Source: Patella caerulea
Taxonomy: Eukaryota
NCBI GenBank assembly: GCA_036850965.1
Contig: JAZGQO010000011.1
Location: 61,751,281 to 61,815,280 of the forward strand
DNA length: 64,000 bases
Direction of reading: 5' to 3'
Made by a program: the position numbers and the translations under genes. How positions within the stretch are numbered: position 1 is the stretch's first letter; every line of letters starts with the position of its first letter. Below, one piece after another: positions 27,601 through 42,600 of this stretch. The notes under the pieces are model-generated. The model worked only from the letters and a program-made list of their open reading frames with translations, had not been told where the DNA came from and ran no database searches.

Positions 27601-30600
27601 GCAGGTCCACAAGCAGTTGCAGAAAGAGCCTTCTTTTATTTTAGAGACAGAAAAGTTGAATAGTAAGTGTTTGATGTATCTTATTTTTAGTTTTCTGTCA
27701 GACAATATCTTTCTGAAACATCTGATGTGGGCAGGATGTCTTTATTTGTGTGGTTTTGGTTTGTCAAACGATTATGTGATGATTGACTTTACAAGGCACT
27801 AGGCCTACATTATTCTAATCATGTTGTTATAGGAAAATGGAGTGTAACGTCTGCACTTTATTTAGATCATAAGGTCTGTCATCCAATCAAGTGCTGTGGT
27901 TTCGATCACCACAGCTAATGACCTCTGCGTGGCTTTCTTCTAGTTTCCTCCCACAGCCAATGACCTCTACGTGGCTTTCTTCTAGTTTCCTCCCACAGCC
28001 AATGACCTCTACGTGGCTTTCTTCTAGTTTCCTCCCACAGCCAATGACCTCTACGTGGCTTTCTTCTAGTTTCCTCCCACAGCCAATGACCTCTACGTGG
28101 CTTTCTTCTAGTTTCCTCCCACAGCCAATGACCTCTACGTGGCTTTCTTCTAGTTTCCTCCCACAGCCAATGACCTCTACGTGCAAGCAAATTAGGGTAA
28201 TAGACTCAAACCAAATGTTAATGCTAGTCTTTATATCCGATGTTGCATTTATTTCAGTGACATACCAAATGAATTCATCCAACATTTTAAATCTGAGAGT
28301 GAAGAAACCAACATGAAGATGAATAAATTAAAAAACAGAATACGAGGCAGTGGATTAGAAGTTTATGATGGGTAGGTTTTTTTCCTGAATTCTCGTCCCA
28401 TTTAAACTTAATTTTCATTTTTAGCAGGATCTGCTTACTCAGTGTCTTGTACGTTTCCCACTAGCTTATATCAAGCGCTATTACTATTAATTACCATAAA
28501 TTTATGTTATTATTTCTATGATATTTTTTTTTGGGGGGGGGGGGATTGTCGAATGGTTAGCCCGTGCACATTGCATCATAAGGTCTGTCGTTGGGTCCAG
28601 TGGCATGGTTTTGATTCCCCGACCTAATGGGTTTTCCTGTCTTCCATTAGCCCAGTCGAGGTGCAAAAGAGTAGGACGTTAAACCCCATTTCATTTCCAA
28701 TGGGTTTTCTCTAAAATGACCTAATTTGTATCAAGTGGACGTTAAATCCCATATCTTTCTGTCTTTATTTCTCTATAGCATCACATGGTCTACTACAATC
28801 TCCATATCACTACCATGCCCATGGAACAGCAACAGGGTTGTGTTAATATTTCTATGATCTTTGTGGTTAAAACGTATTTACGAGTGTTTTTTATTATATT
28901 CTAGTTATCCAAGTAGATGGGCCGGTGTTGTCAATAACAAAGCCTTAGTTGGAGGTTTAGAGGAATTTGGACTAAGAGTTATAAACAATTTGTGGACAGC
29001 CATTGAGAAATATTATCCTGAAGAGGTTGGTTCTTCTAATTCTGAATCATTTAAATGAGACTGGGTGGGGATATTTGCCAAGAAAAAAAGACTATCTTGA
29101 TCAAGACTAAAGACTCTTAGTTGAAATATTGCGCGGTGATAAACAGTGTCCTGTGTATTATACTTTTCTGTCATTTAGAATTTTATACTATTGTTTTATT
29201 TCTGTGCAACAATGGCAGATATAGTTTATGATTTACAGCACAAGGCCTCCTGCCTCAATGTTAGGCAGACATCATCCTGACATCTGGCTTCAATAGAACA
29301 CAGACATTATCCGGGCATCTTATTGTCTGCAATATCACCCAAGGTGGAAGCGGATGTAAAACTGTACATGAACAAACGAACTGGCATCTGTCTTCAATAT
29401 AAGGCAGACATCCTCCTGGCGTCTGGTTTGAGTATAAGGCAGACGTTATTCCAGATCCCATTATAGGGTGTATTAAAACTGACATCATAATATACTATAT
29501 TTTCTTTACAGTCGGCCATGTTGGATGAAGAATCACACAACAGTAATTTACATGATGCGTTCGTAGAAGATCGCCAATCACAGTTTATCGGCCGATCATC
29601 GTTGATTAAACAATGTATCACTAAAATTATCTCCCTTAAACATGGTTTACTTGGAATTGTGGGTAAATCAGGCTGTGGAAAGTCATCTTTAATGGTGGGT
29701 ACATCTGTATGCTTTTGGTTTCGTACTTTTACTGTGCTATTTTTCCTTATGATATATAAGAATTTGGTAAAAATTGTTACATGTACTTGTGTTAAATTAC
29801 AAAAATTGAAAATATAGGTTAAAGTGGAAAGGATCTGTAGTTGATAAAATCGGATGACGACTCAAAGAACCGTAAGAAAAAATAATCACGGAACATGTAA
29901 CATACATGTATTGCTTTGAATTTAAAGAATTCTTGGAGAAGCTACTGTTTAATTAATAATCACGGAACATGTAACATACATGTATTGCTTTGAACTTAAA
30001 GAATTCTTGGAGAAGCTACTGTTTGATTAAAGCAAACTTGCATTGTTCACGTATCTATAGAAATGATATGAACCACATGTTAGTCTTGAAATGAACCAAA
30101 CGTTTATTTTATTTTCTTTTCAATTCTATCTCATCCTTTAAACCGGCTGTTTTGTGTATTTCAGTGTCGTTTGATTCATGAATATCTAGAGAGTAAGCAT
30201 TGCAGTAGCGCTAACACAGTGGTCGTACATATGGCTGGAGCAGCACCTGGATCTACAAACATCGTAGCGACAATAAGACGTCTGTCACATCATCTTAACG
30301 CTCAGTTTGGTTTACAAATGAAAATCCAGGAAGATTACAGGTTAGTATACAGACATGTTGGGTATATTTTGGGACTTGGAAATGGGCTTTAATTGCTAAA
30401 CATCTTTTTGTCCTTCTTCTTGGATGCCATGCTCCTTGAAACTTGGCATGCTTGTTCCCCTCATTGGTTCACAGACTTCTGTTTTCGATTTAACATCACA
30501 ATTTCAAGATGGTTGCGGTTATGTCATGCCTGGTACTTGATACATGGTACGCTCGTATATGTTTATTCATACGAACATGTTGTGAAATCGTCAGTTCATT

Positions 30601-33600
30601 TTATCCTTATAATACTTAATGGAGTTTAACCAATTTTTACTTATATTCCTTTTATAGATTCATCTTCATAGTTAGAAAGGGATGAAATTTCAATTCATTA
30701 GATTTATGGAATTTGAGCAATTTTTGTACTGTTATTCCGTTTAGATATTCAACTTTCCTAAAATTGTAGTTTGCAAAATAATTAAAATCCCACCAAAGAC
30801 AACAAGCGTTTTTTTCTTTGCTTGAAATATGATATGTAAGGGTTATCGACTGAGACAGGGGGGTTCAAGTCCATGGTTGTACATTGAGAATGCTCCAGGT
30901 TGATCAGTAACTTGAACACCCGAGTCAGAACAAAGGGTCCAGTGTGTAATGTAAATTAAAATCTGATAGCATAGATATCTATTATAAATATTTCAGGAAT
31001 TTGGTTGTACAATTTGGTGATATTTTAGAAGAAGCTAGTAAATTATGTCGATCTAAGTTGGTTTTATTTATCGATGGTGTGGATTTAATGGAGCAATCCC
31101 ACCAACCTTATAGTTTAGAATGGCTGCCCAAACCATTACCTAAGGTATGACTAATCTATAACTCTTCCATGCCTTTTAAAAATGTGGCTCAGCCGGAAAG
31201 GTGCTGGTTCACTTACCAGGAGGTCTGGCTTTAAATCCTTGTGTTGGCCAAGAAAATTCCAGGGTGACTTTAAATCTCAAATGTGAAAGATGGAAGGCCT
31301 GCAAAAAATAGCGTCTAGTCATTTGGAATAACGAAATATTTGGAGTTCCCTTGTAGATGTTGGCATTCTCGTAAAAAAATCCTTGACAGTTGGAATACAA
31401 AATGTTTCCCCCATAGAACATTAAACCCCATTTTCATTTCATATCTCTAACATTGTACAATCATAAATGAGGGTTAGATGTTTAAAGTTCAGGATCAGAT
31501 TGATAGCAATTATATTTTTATCTGTTGCCTAGTCTTTCGGGTGGGACATAAAAACAAGGTCCAGCAGTGCATGTATTAGAGTTGGTGACATTTAGATTTT
31601 GATTAAGAGTAGGTTGTAGTGCTGCTGTCTGGGCAAAATTTCCTTTATAGTACACTGGATGGCATATGCCCATCTTCACAAGTCTAGTCGGTGCCAAAGA
31701 GTAGGAAGTTAAACCTTATTTCACATCATTTCATTTAACAGAAGTGATGTAGATATTTAGATTTCATTTAACAGAAGTGATGTAGATATTTAGATTTTTT
31801 TAATGTTTTTTTCAGAATGTTGCCGTAGTGATGTCAGTATTAGAAGGAGACAAATATCATCAATCTTTAAAACGATTGGCTGCCGAGGAGATTATAGTTA
31901 CAGGTCTTGACATGTTCGATAAATCAGAAATAATCCGTAAAACTCTGGCTACACATCGTAAAACTTTAGATGAATCACCATTTAATAATCAGGTACAGTG
32001 TTGATTATTATAGCTTTTTGTGAGGGTCAAGAAAATTAAAGACAATAAATATTTAAACACTGTATAAATTGAAGGCATAAACATTAATGAACATATTTTC
32101 TCCTTATTAATAAACATATTCCTACACATTAATGAACGTTTGCTTCTCAATTAAAAACATATTCCTACTCATTAATAAACATTTCCTTCTCAATTAAAAA
32201 CATATTCCTACTCATTTAAAAACATATTCCTACTCATTAATAACATTTCCTTCTCATTAATAAACATATTCCTACTCATTAATAAACATATTCCTACTCA
32301 TTAATAAACATTTCCTTCTCATTAATAAACATATTCTTACTCATTGATAAACATTTCCTTCTCATTTAAAAATATATTCCTACTCATTAATAAACATTTC
32401 CTTCTCATTAATAAAAATATTCCTACTCATTAGTAAACATTTCCCTCTCATATTAATAAACATTTCCTACTTATAATTAATGAACATTTCCCTTCTAATT
32501 AAAAAAAAAAAATCTCCTAATTAACAAAACTATATTCTCTTCATTAATTAACATGTTTATTTGTATTTTCTAGTTGAAGTTACTGGTGTCAAAGAAAGAA
32601 GCACCCAATCCGCTGTTCCTCAAGTTAGCGTGTGACGAACTCCGAGTCTATGGTTTGTTTGAGAAGGTAAATAGTGCATACCATGTTCTTGTAATGCTTA
32701 CAGTACACTCACTTTATATTTTGAATGGCTGGCCAATTAACCTGTTGCTGTAAAATCCTTAAGATAGTTAATTTAATTGAATAACAGCTTAATAACTTTG
32801 CTAGTCAGTCAGAAATGACAAAAAAATCCCGTAGAACCAATCTTAAAAACCTGCTCTGTAATTCACCTGAAGAAATTAAACATGATTATCATCGGTCATC
32901 AAAATTTAATTAATAATATCCTCAAAATGCAGATTTTTTTTATCATTGTTTAATTAAAATAACTGTATTGAACTGTTTCATGTAGATACTTGTAATTACA
33001 GTTAAAAGATCTGTACAAGTGTTTTAATGTAAATGTTATATTTACAGATGAGCCAGAAATTAAAGAGTTTACCTCACACGATACCAGGGTTATTACAGGA
33101 GATATTATTACGACTAGAGACAGATCATGGCAGTGATTTAATCTCCACTACGCTCTGTTTATTAGTTTCTGTTAGAAATGGTAAATCTATTTTGCTATTA
33201 TTAAGATAGGGGGGTTGGATGGCCGAATGGTTAGAGTGCGTGCGCTGTATCATACGGCCTGCCATGTTTGTTATGCTTTAATGTACTTGTACGTGGCAAG
33301 GAGGGTCGTCTGTTCAACTTCGGGGGTTTTCTCCAGGTCCTCCGGTTTCCTCCCACTGCTAAAAACCCCTCCGCTCAAGCGAATAATTGAAATAAAATTG
33401 AACCATATGTTAGTCCTGAAATGACCTAGTTTATGTCGAGTGGATGTTAAACCCCATTTTTCTCTCTCTCTCTTAGTAAGATATACTGTAGCCTAAAAAG
33501 TTTTCTCACTATAGTCATAAATCTAGATTAAATAATTTTACTTATTGATATTTTCGGATTCTATGTTTAATTCTGAAGGATTTTTGTGAAAGTCATAGCA

Positions 33601-36600
33601 GGTTGCTCTATATGGTATGGCAAAATGCTGATTTGTCTCTCTTTGTTTTAGCATGTTTGCATATGGCTGATTAATTGCTATTTTTTACCTACTTATGTTA
33701 TGCGTTTTATTTTGAGCTTTTGAGACATAGAGTGATATATTTTCGCAAAGATTGCAAATTCACAATTTTCATCCCACAGCAATTCTATACACTGTACTAA
33801 AATATGATGATGAGAGTCATGAATATACTTTAACCAGTACAGGTCACATATAGGGGATGCTTGATTCACAGTTCCGAAATTAAATTCCTAAACTGGTGTC
33901 AATCGAGTGAAATAGAGAATTTCGGAGGACAACGCATGTGCCAACTCTATAAAAAATATTTCAACCAATCATGACTGCTGAAACATATTTTTTACTAGGA
34001 AAACGTCACGATTCTACTCACTCCACCTCAGCTGGCAGAACTGGCAGAACTGTGACAGGACTGAATTCCGCGTCGGTTCTGTCAATTCTGGACTGTGAAT
34101 CGAGCATCCCCATAATGTATGCTAATGAACAAGCTGAAATTTTTCTTTCTGGTTATTTCAGGTTTGTTGTCGGAGGAATTATGGGATTTACTAAATTATC
34201 AGAGAATGCTGGGAAAATCACGATTTACGGTGATGGATATTGTTGATACAGAGTTAACAAATGATAACATCATACCACCTGCTATTTTCTCATATTTAAA
34301 ACGATCAATTCAAGGTTTCCTCAATCCAACAAGTTCTAGGTTAGTAAAATAAAATTATTGAAAAGCAAGGAAATTTATTGCCATTGACCTGAATCATTCA
34401 AATAGGGAATTTTTCTGATTCCGTTTCAAATATCTTAGGTAAATCATGCCCCTTCTACAAAAGGCTGATATTCCAACTTTTAGTTTGAACAGATTAAGCT
34501 TGTTTAGAGATATCTTCGGTCTTATTCTGTTTCTACTTTATTGCTTCTCATTTAATTTTACTGTCAAACTTTCTTTACGGGAATCATGGTAGTTAAGCAT
34601 TTGGGGCACTGGAATTTCTAGAATGACCCAAATCCCTATTTAGTTGAGAAGAACTTTCACAATTTTCAATCCGGTCTTTATTTGTTGGGGATGGCACTTG
34701 CAGTAGTGACAATAAAATTGTTCCTTGTAGATATTGGTATGCAATCAATAGTTCCTTTGACAGATGGAAATCGAAAGGGAGTAGGCAAAATTCTCTCAAC
34801 CTGTATGGCACACGTAACCATGGAAATAACAATTACTGTATGCCTGTTGTAAAATGGCTGAAGTCTTTTATTGAAACATTAATCCCCCTTTCCTGTCTGG
34901 TTACTCTATTGTTTGTTCAGTCTGTGTATAGTTGTACAGTTATCCTGTTGTTTTCTTTGATAACAAATAATTTTTGCTTATTTTATACTAGTGATTCAAG
35001 ATTAGAATTAGCCCATGTTGAAATATCCCAGGCTGTGCGCAACAGATATTTGAAGGGTGTTGCTGCGTTAGAATTGGAAATGAACTTACATAAATTACTG
35101 GCAGGTAAGAAAGAGATTCAAATGAAATATTTACAAATAATTTTAAAAATGTCAAATACTTTAATTTAAGAATATATATATTTACTAAACAGCATGCACT
35201 GTACAAATTTAATAAATTCCTAATTGATAAGATATAACTTCAGGTAAACGAAGACAGTGTGACAAGTTGAACTTGTTACTCTAAATTAAAGAAGGGTTTT
35301 GATTGTTCTCTATTTGTATTTTCAGGGTATTTCTATCGTCTAGCAGATCCTGAGAATAATGGATCTTTTACAGGAAATAATGCAAGAGCATTTAGTGAAC
35401 TTGTTTATCATTTGGTAAATCTTAATCTATTTATTAAAATTATTTATTAGAATTATTTATCAAAATTATTTATTAGAAATATTTATCAAAATTAGTTATT
35501 GGAATTATTTATTAGAATTATTAATTTAACGTTCTGTATAAGTTATTTATTATTTTCCTCTGACCTTTATTGTTCTGATCTAGTGATTGTCCACTGCTCC
35601 TGAATTATTCAAATGAATTCAAATGTAACTTTGTTCTATCTACTGGCTCACTAACCAGCAGATCTGTGGTACTGATACGATATCCGGCTGCTGGCCAAAA
35701 CAGTTCCCTTGGGTTACCCAGTGTGCTTTTCCTTGTCAGTAGTGTCTACAGTGGAATTTGATATAAGAGTAGGCAGGTGGCATCACTGTCCAGGCAAAAT
35801 TTGCCTAATAGCTCGCTGTCTGGTGCATGCCCGTCTTCATTTGCCAAGTTGGTGTAGAAAAATAGGATGTTAAACTCCATTTCATTGAATTTGTATGTTT
35901 TATCAATAATATAGTCAAGATTATATTTTCAGATTTTATTTAATGGTAGTCTAAAAGTTTTAATGGATATATTTTCAGACTCGTAGTGGTAGTTTCAAGG
36001 AATTGGAGAAAGTCATCTGTAATTCCTGTTACATCAGTCAGAAATGTCACTTGGGTCTGGCTGCTGACCTTTTGGATGATTACACCCCGAAACACAGCCC
36101 CAATAAATCTCTAGAGAGAGAACAGAACAAACTGTTGACATCACTCAGAGTTCAAGACTACAAGTCTTTTGTATCGAGGAATATTCACATTTTCACAAGG
36201 TAACTTTAAAGATTCAACAAGCCAGATTATTTATATTTGTATGTACTATTTTAATAGAAAAACTGTTGTTATTTTGTAAGTTTGATTAAACTATTTCTCG
36301 TGAAGAATTGTTTGACTTGTATGCAAAAGATTAATTAGTATTACTTGAACGTAAGATACGTCAAGATGTCAGATCAATAGAAACCAATATATTAATCTTT
36401 AAATGGCCATAACTTAAGTTAGAATTGATGGATGTGAATAATGTTTTGACCAGTATGTGCTAAGAGCACTCTTGGTTGTGTGTAAGGTCATAATTCTATT
36501 TGGAGCAGAATAGTAGGGTGTTAAATTCATTTGCTAGAAAATTAGTGTGAAGCAATTTATTTGCCTCCCAAAAAACAAAATGCTGCACAGACTTGTGATG

Positions 36601-39600
36601 AGCATTATAGATGAATAACCTCTAAATTGTCAGACAACTGTACCAGGGCCCTGTTTCACGAAATTTTACTAATTTGATCGGATAATATTTGATTTTAGTG
36701 CTTATCCAATCAAAATTGAAGAATCTACTAAAATTTGGATTTTATCTCTAGTTAAAATTTCGTGAAACTGGCCCCAGGGTCATAGCATCATGTTTAGAAA
36801 AAAAAAATATAACTACATGTATACTGTCCAGTGTAGTGCCAAAGAAAATTCCCCACACCGAGTCCATGGCATGAACTTTTGGACTCATAACGACTCTGAA
36901 CTACTCAGAACAGTATGATTTATAATCTCTTTCTTCCAGTTATCCAGCACTAACATGGCAACAAGTCTTGAACGAACCAGACAGTTCTACAGTATTAAAG
37001 GATTATCGTCTGATAAACAATACCCCAAAGCAATACATGATATGGCAGAATAGACCAGACAATGTAGACGCTTGTTACCAGAGCATCAGTAACCTAAAGC
37101 ACGCTGTAACATGCGTAGCTATATCACCTGACAGTTTATATTTTGCAACTGGTGGAAAAGATTGCATAGTACGTCTTTACGACCTACAGACTGGAAAGGT
37201 GAGATTTTTAAAAATATGCTGTCCGTCTCATAAACCTTATATAATATCTTTATGTACAGACAACTTTGTACACACATCAACCTACTTTATTCGTTTTTCC
37301 CTTTGGTAATTGTCAGTTGGAAGCATTTCTCATAAACCTCACAAGATATCGTTAAAAAACTTTGTACAAGCATCAACCTACTATAGTCAACACAAGGTAC
37401 AATTTTATGGATACACAATTACTGAGTTTGATACTATGCGACGTTTCCATAAAATTGTACCTTGTGTTAATATGTCCAATTACTAAATGCCAATCAAAGA
37501 AGTTGAGCTACTATAGTCAATTTTCCTGTTGCTAATTAAGTATTTTTCTGTTTTAATAGATTTTTTTCTTTCATGGAAACAAATATATCTTCGTGTTTTT
37601 TATACAAGTTTGCAAAATATTGATTGCAGGGTTATCTTTTATAATCTTTGATTCAGTTAAACAGTACATTGACTGTGTTATTCACAAAACTTTAGTGGGT
37701 TTATTAATAGATCAGTTCACATTGTCTTGGCTTGATTGGATTAGTATTGTTCTAGGGAATACTGGTAGTTTCCAATGCATAGCACATTATTAGAACTTGT
37801 CAATTTCCAAGTTGAATTTTGGCCGGTAACATAAAAGAGGAAAAATAAAATGAATATTAGATTAAAACATAATCATGTCAAATTGTTGTTTCAGGAAGTT
37901 AAGATGTTTTGTGGTCACTCAGATCCAATCTCTGACGTTTGTTTTGCTGGTAAAACGATTCTATGCAGTGCCTCCTATGATAATTCCGTCTCTTTGTGGC
38001 ATGTTGACAATGGACACAGGTAATTATAGAAAAATTTTGAAAGCTGCAGTGACTCTGTGAGTAAGCCATTGGGTCGCTAACCAGGAGGTTTGGAGTTTGA
38101 TCATTGTATTGATCGAGGCAGTTGCTCAGGATTTTCATTTGTGATGCTTGATGAATGATGTGCACTTAAAAAAAAGGTGTGGCAGTTGAAATGCAGAATA
38201 CGAATAGGCTGTAGAAACCCTATTTCATTATTTGACATGGACAGTGTTTTATAAATCTATGATAAATTAAAGAATGATGATGTTAAATGACGTATCAAAC
38301 ATCATTTCTCCTTATATATAACATTGTTATAATTAAGAGGGCCTAAGAAATGAAAATGTCTCCTGAAATGAAGGCTACCTTATTTATTTTAAATGTGTAT
38401 TTAAATTTTTTTGTTTCTTTTTTGTAGAATCTCTGTATTAAGTAATCATAAACGTCGTGTTAATTCATGTTCAGCTAACGAATCAGGTAAACTTGTAGCA
38501 ACAGCATCTTGGGATTGTACGGTCCGTGTCTGGAGTACAAGTAAAGGGGAACAAGAATGTTATTTGAACGTCGGCAGGTAAATTGAGTTCTTTTTTTTGA
38601 AAGTATTATGATAACTTATAACAAAGTTGGACTCAATACATAATTTATAATATCCCTAATACTGATCACATATTTACAGAACCTTGGCCCAGTTTCTCGA
38701 AATCTTAGCTAAAGATAAAATCCTAATTTTAGTGTATAGATACTTTCATTCTGATTGGCTAAGCACTAAAATCAATCTAATATTATCCAATCAAATTACT
38801 AAAATTGTGATTTTATCTTAGTTAAAATTCGTGAAACAGGCCCCAGGTCTCTGACGATGACCAGGGCAAAGGCTACTGGAGATGATTTTACTTCAAGATT
38901 TCATGTTATGACATCAGATTAATGATTTTGTGATCATGAAATATATTTTTTTGTTCCTGTTTTTCAGTCCAGTAAATTGTGTAGATTTCCATCCAGAAGG
39001 TCAGCTGATCGTAACAGGAAGTTGGGACTCACTCATCAAAATCTGGGATGTTTACCACAAAACTCGAAAAGCTGTACGTTAATTTAGATATTTTAGATTT
39101 TGCCTTTCCTCTAATCGTGAAATCCTTCCTTTTTTCCTGAAACTTGAAATTTTCTCCACCACAAGTGTTGCATTAAAGTCTCTGCAAACTATAATGTTGT
39201 GACAGTACGGTCTTCATTTATATTCCAATGGACAATCTATAGGGTTACAACTTCAAGTCCCTGAACACGATTTATGGGGGTTGGAAATGGTAAACGGTTC
39301 TAAGGTTACAACGATACATAAAAAAACATATTGAGATATCTGGTTCCATTCTGTTCAGTATTTACAAAGACATGATTTGAAAATTGGTCAAGATTTGGCA
39401 TCAACTGCAGTATTGGATATGGTCAACACAAGCCAGCACCACCTATATGATATTCACTAAAAATATTTGATGGGCCTCTTTTTTAAAATCTAAGTTGAGA
39501 GATTTATCTGCCATTAATAATTTTGTTTTCTTAATTAAATGTTACACTCAAAATTTGATATTTTTTCAAATATGCAAATACTGCAGGGAAAGCACACAGT

Positions 39601-42600
39601 TATAATCACTTTTTAGTCTATAATAACTCTATTATAACTCTTTCAGGTTTTAAGAGGCCATACAACATCAGTACGAGACGTAGCTTACTCCCCAACTGGT
39701 CGTCATATAGCATCAGCATCACTTGATGGAATGGTCAAATTATGGTCAGCTCTTAACGGAACACAGGTATGTCCTACTTTTATTTGTTAGATTCTAAGGT
39801 CTATATGGAATGGGCTAAGTGTTCCTTTTATGTGCATTCCAATGGGACCTGGGTTTTTGTCTTATCAAAATGATTTGGAGGTATTGGACACCTGCTTATT
39901 AACGTAATGACTTGGACACCTTCTTATTAATGTTTCCTCCCACTGCTAACGGGCCCTATCCCCTGTCATTTTATTTGTAATGTTTGGACTTTAATTGGCT
40001 GTTGACATGCCACAATCAAGTAGATAATGTATTCTTAGTTATATGTAGGTTTGCAGGGTAACATATCTGAGTGATCATCAATGCACATCAGGTCATAAGG
40101 TCTTCGATTCCATACTTTCTCGTGACAAGGAGTTGCTGAATGGTGATCATGCACCTCAAGTCATATGGTTTCGACTCCATACTTATAAGTGACAAGAAGT
40201 AGGATGACCTCCATAACCTAGTATTTTTCTTCTCCTTGTGTACCTCTGGATCCTCCTACTGCTTAGGACCAATATGTTAGTCCAGAAATGGCCTGCCTTG
40301 GTGTTGAGTTGATGTTAATCCTCATTTTTCTTTCTTTTGGTTATAGGTTGGCAATATACAAGGTCACAGTCTTCCAATCAACAAGTTGACCTTTACTGCT
40401 ACAGGTCATAATCTGGTTACCGTTAGTGATGATCAGAAGGTCAAGGTCAGTATTTAGCAGATGTGACAATTATTACATGTTCTTAATTAACATCCACTTC
40501 TACAGAATACAGCTGTGTCTTATGGCTTTATTGGGTATTCAAACAAACCTGAAATTTGAAAAAAAAGCGTTAAGTCACCAGTAGAAACGTTGTGAGCTGT
40601 TAAAAAATATCAAATAATGGAAATGGTTTTGAAAGCAAACTTGTACCTATGAACAACAATTCCAGATGGCACTATGCATAATTTGAAGTATTTTTTATAT
40701 TTTTTTTTGTTGATAGATTTGGTCAGAATATCTTGGTGTACCAGTACATTGTTTGGGATCTGAGTCAGACGGACCTGTGACCTCAGTGGCACTATCTAGT
40801 GATGGCTGTCATTTAGTAGCAGGTTATCATGAAGGTCAAATTCGTGGCTATGATGTTCATTCAGGTGATTATTTATTCATTTTGAAAGATTCTCAAGTAC
40901 TGTCAAACAGGGTTCATGTAGTCTTATACTATCAAGTACCATCATGCAGTACTGTATGTAGCCTCTATTTTCTGGTATTAGTCACATCATATATATAGTC
41001 ATTGCTGTTCAGTAGTGGTTGTAGAGTATTTATATGTAGTCCCCGTTGTGTACTAGTCCCACAAAACTTATGGTTGTTATTTAATTATTGACAAGGATAA
41101 GGGTTGCCTGTAAAAGTCAGTGAGTGACTTCCCTCTGGGACTTCCCATTGCTAAAGACCCTAATCCTCGCCATCTAATTATTAAAATAAAATTGGACGTA
41201 TGTTGGATCTAAAATGACGTTAAACTCCCTTTCTCTCTCTCCCTGATTTATGATAACAGTAATTTCACTAGTTGTTCTTGTGTTATGATTGTAGGAATCA
41301 GACAGTACAGTGTTAAACATAGCTCCAGTCCCGTTAAAGTTGTCAAATTTACTACAGGAGATAAAAATATGCTAATTGGTGTAGATAACGGTAATATAAT
41401 GGTGAGTAACTACTCTTATATCTTTAGACTGTCATAGTCGACAATGACGAACAGTTTCAATTGTTCCTGTTTTCAAAATGATCTTTAAGATTTTTTAAAA
41501 GCCCATCTCCGTTTATCACTAGCAGTTTCAGTGACTGAATGGAGTAGTGCATCTGCTTTACATCATAAGGTATGGCATTGAGTTACGTAGCATGGTTTCA
41601 TTTCTTGGGGGTTGGGATAGCCTAGTGGTCTAGAGTGCGTCTGTGGTTTCGATCCCTGTTGTGAACGTAGGTGGCATGGAGATAGGGGCGCCTTCTCAAC
41701 CTTGTGGGTTTCCTCCGGGCATTCTGGTTTCCTCCTACTGCTAAAGACCCCTACGAATTATGTTATTTTATTGAAATAAAATTAAACCATATGTTAGTCC
41801 CGAAATGACCTAGTTTGTGTCGAGTGGATGTTTAACCCCATTTCTCTCTCTCTCTCTTTCATTTCCAACTTTCTCCTTTGGTTTCCTCCCACTGCTAAAG
41901 ACCACTATGCGCAAGTGAGTTGGAGAATTAAAACGTACCATATGTTCGTCACAATGACATAGGTTGTGTTGAGTGGAAGTTAAACCCCATTTCTCTCTCT
42001 CTCTACCCAGGATGTTGGAAGGCTGAATGGTTAGCACATGCGCGCTGTATCATAAGGTCTGTCATTGAGTCAACTGGCGTGGTTTTGAATCCTAGGTTGT
42101 ACGTGACATGGAGTAGGGCTGTTTGTCCAACATCATGGGTTTTCTCCAGGTGCTCTGGTTTCCTCCCACTGCTAAAGACCCCTACGTGCAAGCAAATTAT
42201 TGAAATAAAATTAAACCATGTTATTCCCGAAATGACCTAGTTTATGTTGAGTGTATGTTAAACCCCATTTCTCTGTCTGTCCCCCTCATCTTTGTTATTA
42301 TAGTGTGTGTGTGTTTATATATTGTAGTTATTAACACGAACTGGAGGTCAGAAGGTTACCATATTAAGAGGACATAGTAGGAATGTTTTATGTATTGATA
42401 CAACTAAAGAATATATTGTAACTGGTGGTGAAGATTCTACTTGTTGTGTTTATACCAATGTTCAAAAGATCAAAACATCTAAACAGTAAGTATATTTAAA
42501 CATTTATGTTTATTTGTCCCAGGGGTTTGGGTAGCCAAATGGTTTAATGCATTCATGTTAAAAACAAGGCCTGTCTAATCTTCTGGGTTTTCTTTGTGTC

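Noticed and set aside
27887-28316. Long ORFs on both strands (132, 141 and 91 aa) with perfectly repeating peptide sequence
   Set aside because: They are translations of the 48-bp minisatellite. The periodicity equals 16 codons, no splice context, and they lie inside TEP1 intron 19.
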